From: Sphyrna mokarran
Taxonomy: Eukaryota
Direction: 5' to 3'
DNA length: 64,000 bases
Assembly (NCBI GenBank): GCA_024679065.1
Contig: JAGIQG010000002.1
Location: 96,100,001 to 96,164,000, forward strand
Part shown: one piece after another, positions 62,192-64,000 of the stretch
How positions within the stretch are numbered: position 1 is the first letter of the stretch
How the letters are laid out: every line of letters starts with the position of its first letter
Made by a program: the position numbers and the translations under genes
Notes under the pieces: generated by a model
Seen by the model: only the letters and a program-made list of their open reading frames with translations
The model's database searches: none
What the model was told of the DNA's origin: nothing

Positions 62192-63402
62192 GACTTTCCG
62201 AAAGCAGTCTCAAAGTGGGAAGCTAGCCCATTGAAGTTGGAAGGAAAAGATGTAATTGCGATAGAAAATCCTAGGAAACAAACCAAAAAGAAACTTATTT
62301 TGTCTGGAAAAGAACAAGATCTGGCAATCTCTAGGCGAACCAGAGATGCACTATTATCGAAGTGTTTACACTAAGAACCAACTACTGTATCATATTATTG
62401 TCCTGTTTTAATTTAATGTGTTGCATATATATTGTAAGCTGCGCTGGTTGTATATATTTTGTCAAGAGTTTTATCTTTTTACGAGTATTTTCTAAAAACA
62501 AAATAATACTAAAAGCCAGGGTCAAGCGACCATTATATGATATGATGCAGAGTTTTTATAAGTAAAATGTGATTAATGAATCGAAGTGCAAGTGAGAAAT
62601 TTCTTGTACTTTCAGTAAGGTGAGCTGAGTAGATAGGGGAGCTTTCCTTATGCTGCGGAAGGTTGTACGTACAGAAATGACCGCACACTTCATTGCACTG
62701 GGCTATGTTAAATTTGAACGATATGAGATATGTGTCCCCCTCCTAACAGTATGTGGATTGTCTTAAGACCAGCAGTAGCACCTTGTTAAAATACCTCAAA
62801 ATGGTCACGTTTACTCCGATATCTGTTGGACTTGATGTCATGAGCTACTTGTTAATGTAATTTATAGCCAAACGGTTGTTTTCCTTGTGGTTTGTGGATG
62901 AATTTTTTGCATGATGCAATGCTGTCAGTGTGCACCTACCCATTACTGAGTTTTATCAGTTTTACTGTGTGACTAGATGTATTATACAATCAGCACGTGA
63001 TTTGAATCAGTTCTGAGATTTTCTGTGGCTGAAATTCAGAACAGAATTTACGGGTCCAAATAATAAATTCTATTAAAATGCTGCGCTTCTCTATGATAAT
63101 CAAGCGTATGGCCCTTTCTCTTCCGTGTCTATTAACTGGCATATTCACTAACAGTCTCCCAAACTTCACCCCCATTCAGAGTCAGGGCACCTTTTCCATC
63201 AGGCGCACTTCATTTATTTCAATTTTTTAATAGATAAGACAGGAAGACAGAGCGAATATCATCAGGTTTCAGTGGGGTTAATGCTGGCTGCTTCAAGCAA
63301 GTTGAACTTAAAGTCAAATGGGACAAGTTTTCTGCTTATGGCAAAGGCCTGCGGGTTTTTAAAGAAGCTTTTGAAGCAATATTAAATGTTACATCTAAAC
63401 AC

Positions 63403-63416
63403 TGACCTTTTCACCT
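63403..63416 (-). promoter_or_regulatory. Candidate DR2 RARE 3' of Hoxa1
   Basis: Plus strand TGACCT-tt-TCACCT equals minus strand AGGTGA-aa-AGGTCA; TGACAG (Meis) at 63460. Confidence 0.55.
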
Positions 63417-64000
63417 TGAATGGCTCATTTACATACATGTAAACACAGCGCCCTCCCAATGACAGTCATTGTCATCAGCTAGCTTTGTTTGAGATTTTAC
63501 AACAAATCATTTACTAATTTCACATAAATATACTCGATCAAGCAAAATGTGAGAAAAAGAAAAAAAGATTATCAAATCATCATTCTGAACTAATCTCCTA
63601 ATATCGCTCTGAGTGAGCAAAACGCTGACACCGCGTGACCAGAATGTCACTGACATTTGCTTCAGAATCAACATGATTAGATGCAGTTTGGTGTCAATAG
63701 CAAAAGTCGATGGTGTTTTAGGGCACGGCGGCCATATCAAGGGAGACGTCTGCTATAGAGCTGTCTGCCTCTGGAAGATGGTAGCCGATGCAAAAGAACT
63801 TCAAAGAAGCCTCCAACTTCTGCCTTATTTGATACTCAGCGTTTCCAGTATCACTTTCTACTGACCAAAGGAAACCGCTTGGGCAGAGTAAAAAAAACTC
63901 AGAAACAAGGAAGCAATATCTTTCCTACACACACATCTAATTCTTTCCGAACTGCTGGAGTGGATGTTGAGTTTGCCATCTACCCTCTTAATTGCAATAA

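Overview
This window is the anterior (3') two-thirds of a vertebrate HoxA cluster. It holds seven intact two-coding-exon homeobox genes, all on the + strand and in colinear order: Hoxa7, Hoxa6, Hoxa5, Hoxa4, Hoxa3, Hoxa2, Hoxa1. Every coding intron is GT-AG and phase 1, and lies between the hexapeptide (YPWM/FPWM/FDWM) and the homeodomain. The AT-rich compact layout, the full a1-a7 set and a shark-type repeat suggest a cartilaginous fish; this is inference and the species was not determined. The non-coding DNA carries recognisable cis-elements: three DR5 RAREs, the Hoxa3 r5/r6 enhancer, the Hoxa2 r3/r5-neural-crest and r4 enhancers, intronic HB-1 elements, and miR-196 and miR-10 target sites. 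The most notable observations are: (1) three in-frame splice donors spaced exactly 18 nt apart at the end of Hoxa1 exon 1, which could tune the hexapeptide-homeodomain linker length; (2) an antisense HOTAIRM1-like first exon with a strong donor; (3) a possible decayed Hoxa8 homeobox upstream of Hoxa7; (4) a fixed-spacing CCAAT/E-box module before every gene and at orphan promoters; (5) uORFs before all seven genes; (6) a Hoxb1-type DR2 RARE 3' of Hoxa1; (7) one inverted-repeat transposon relic in the Hoxa3 intron. Comparisons with other species are from memory and need alignment to confirm.
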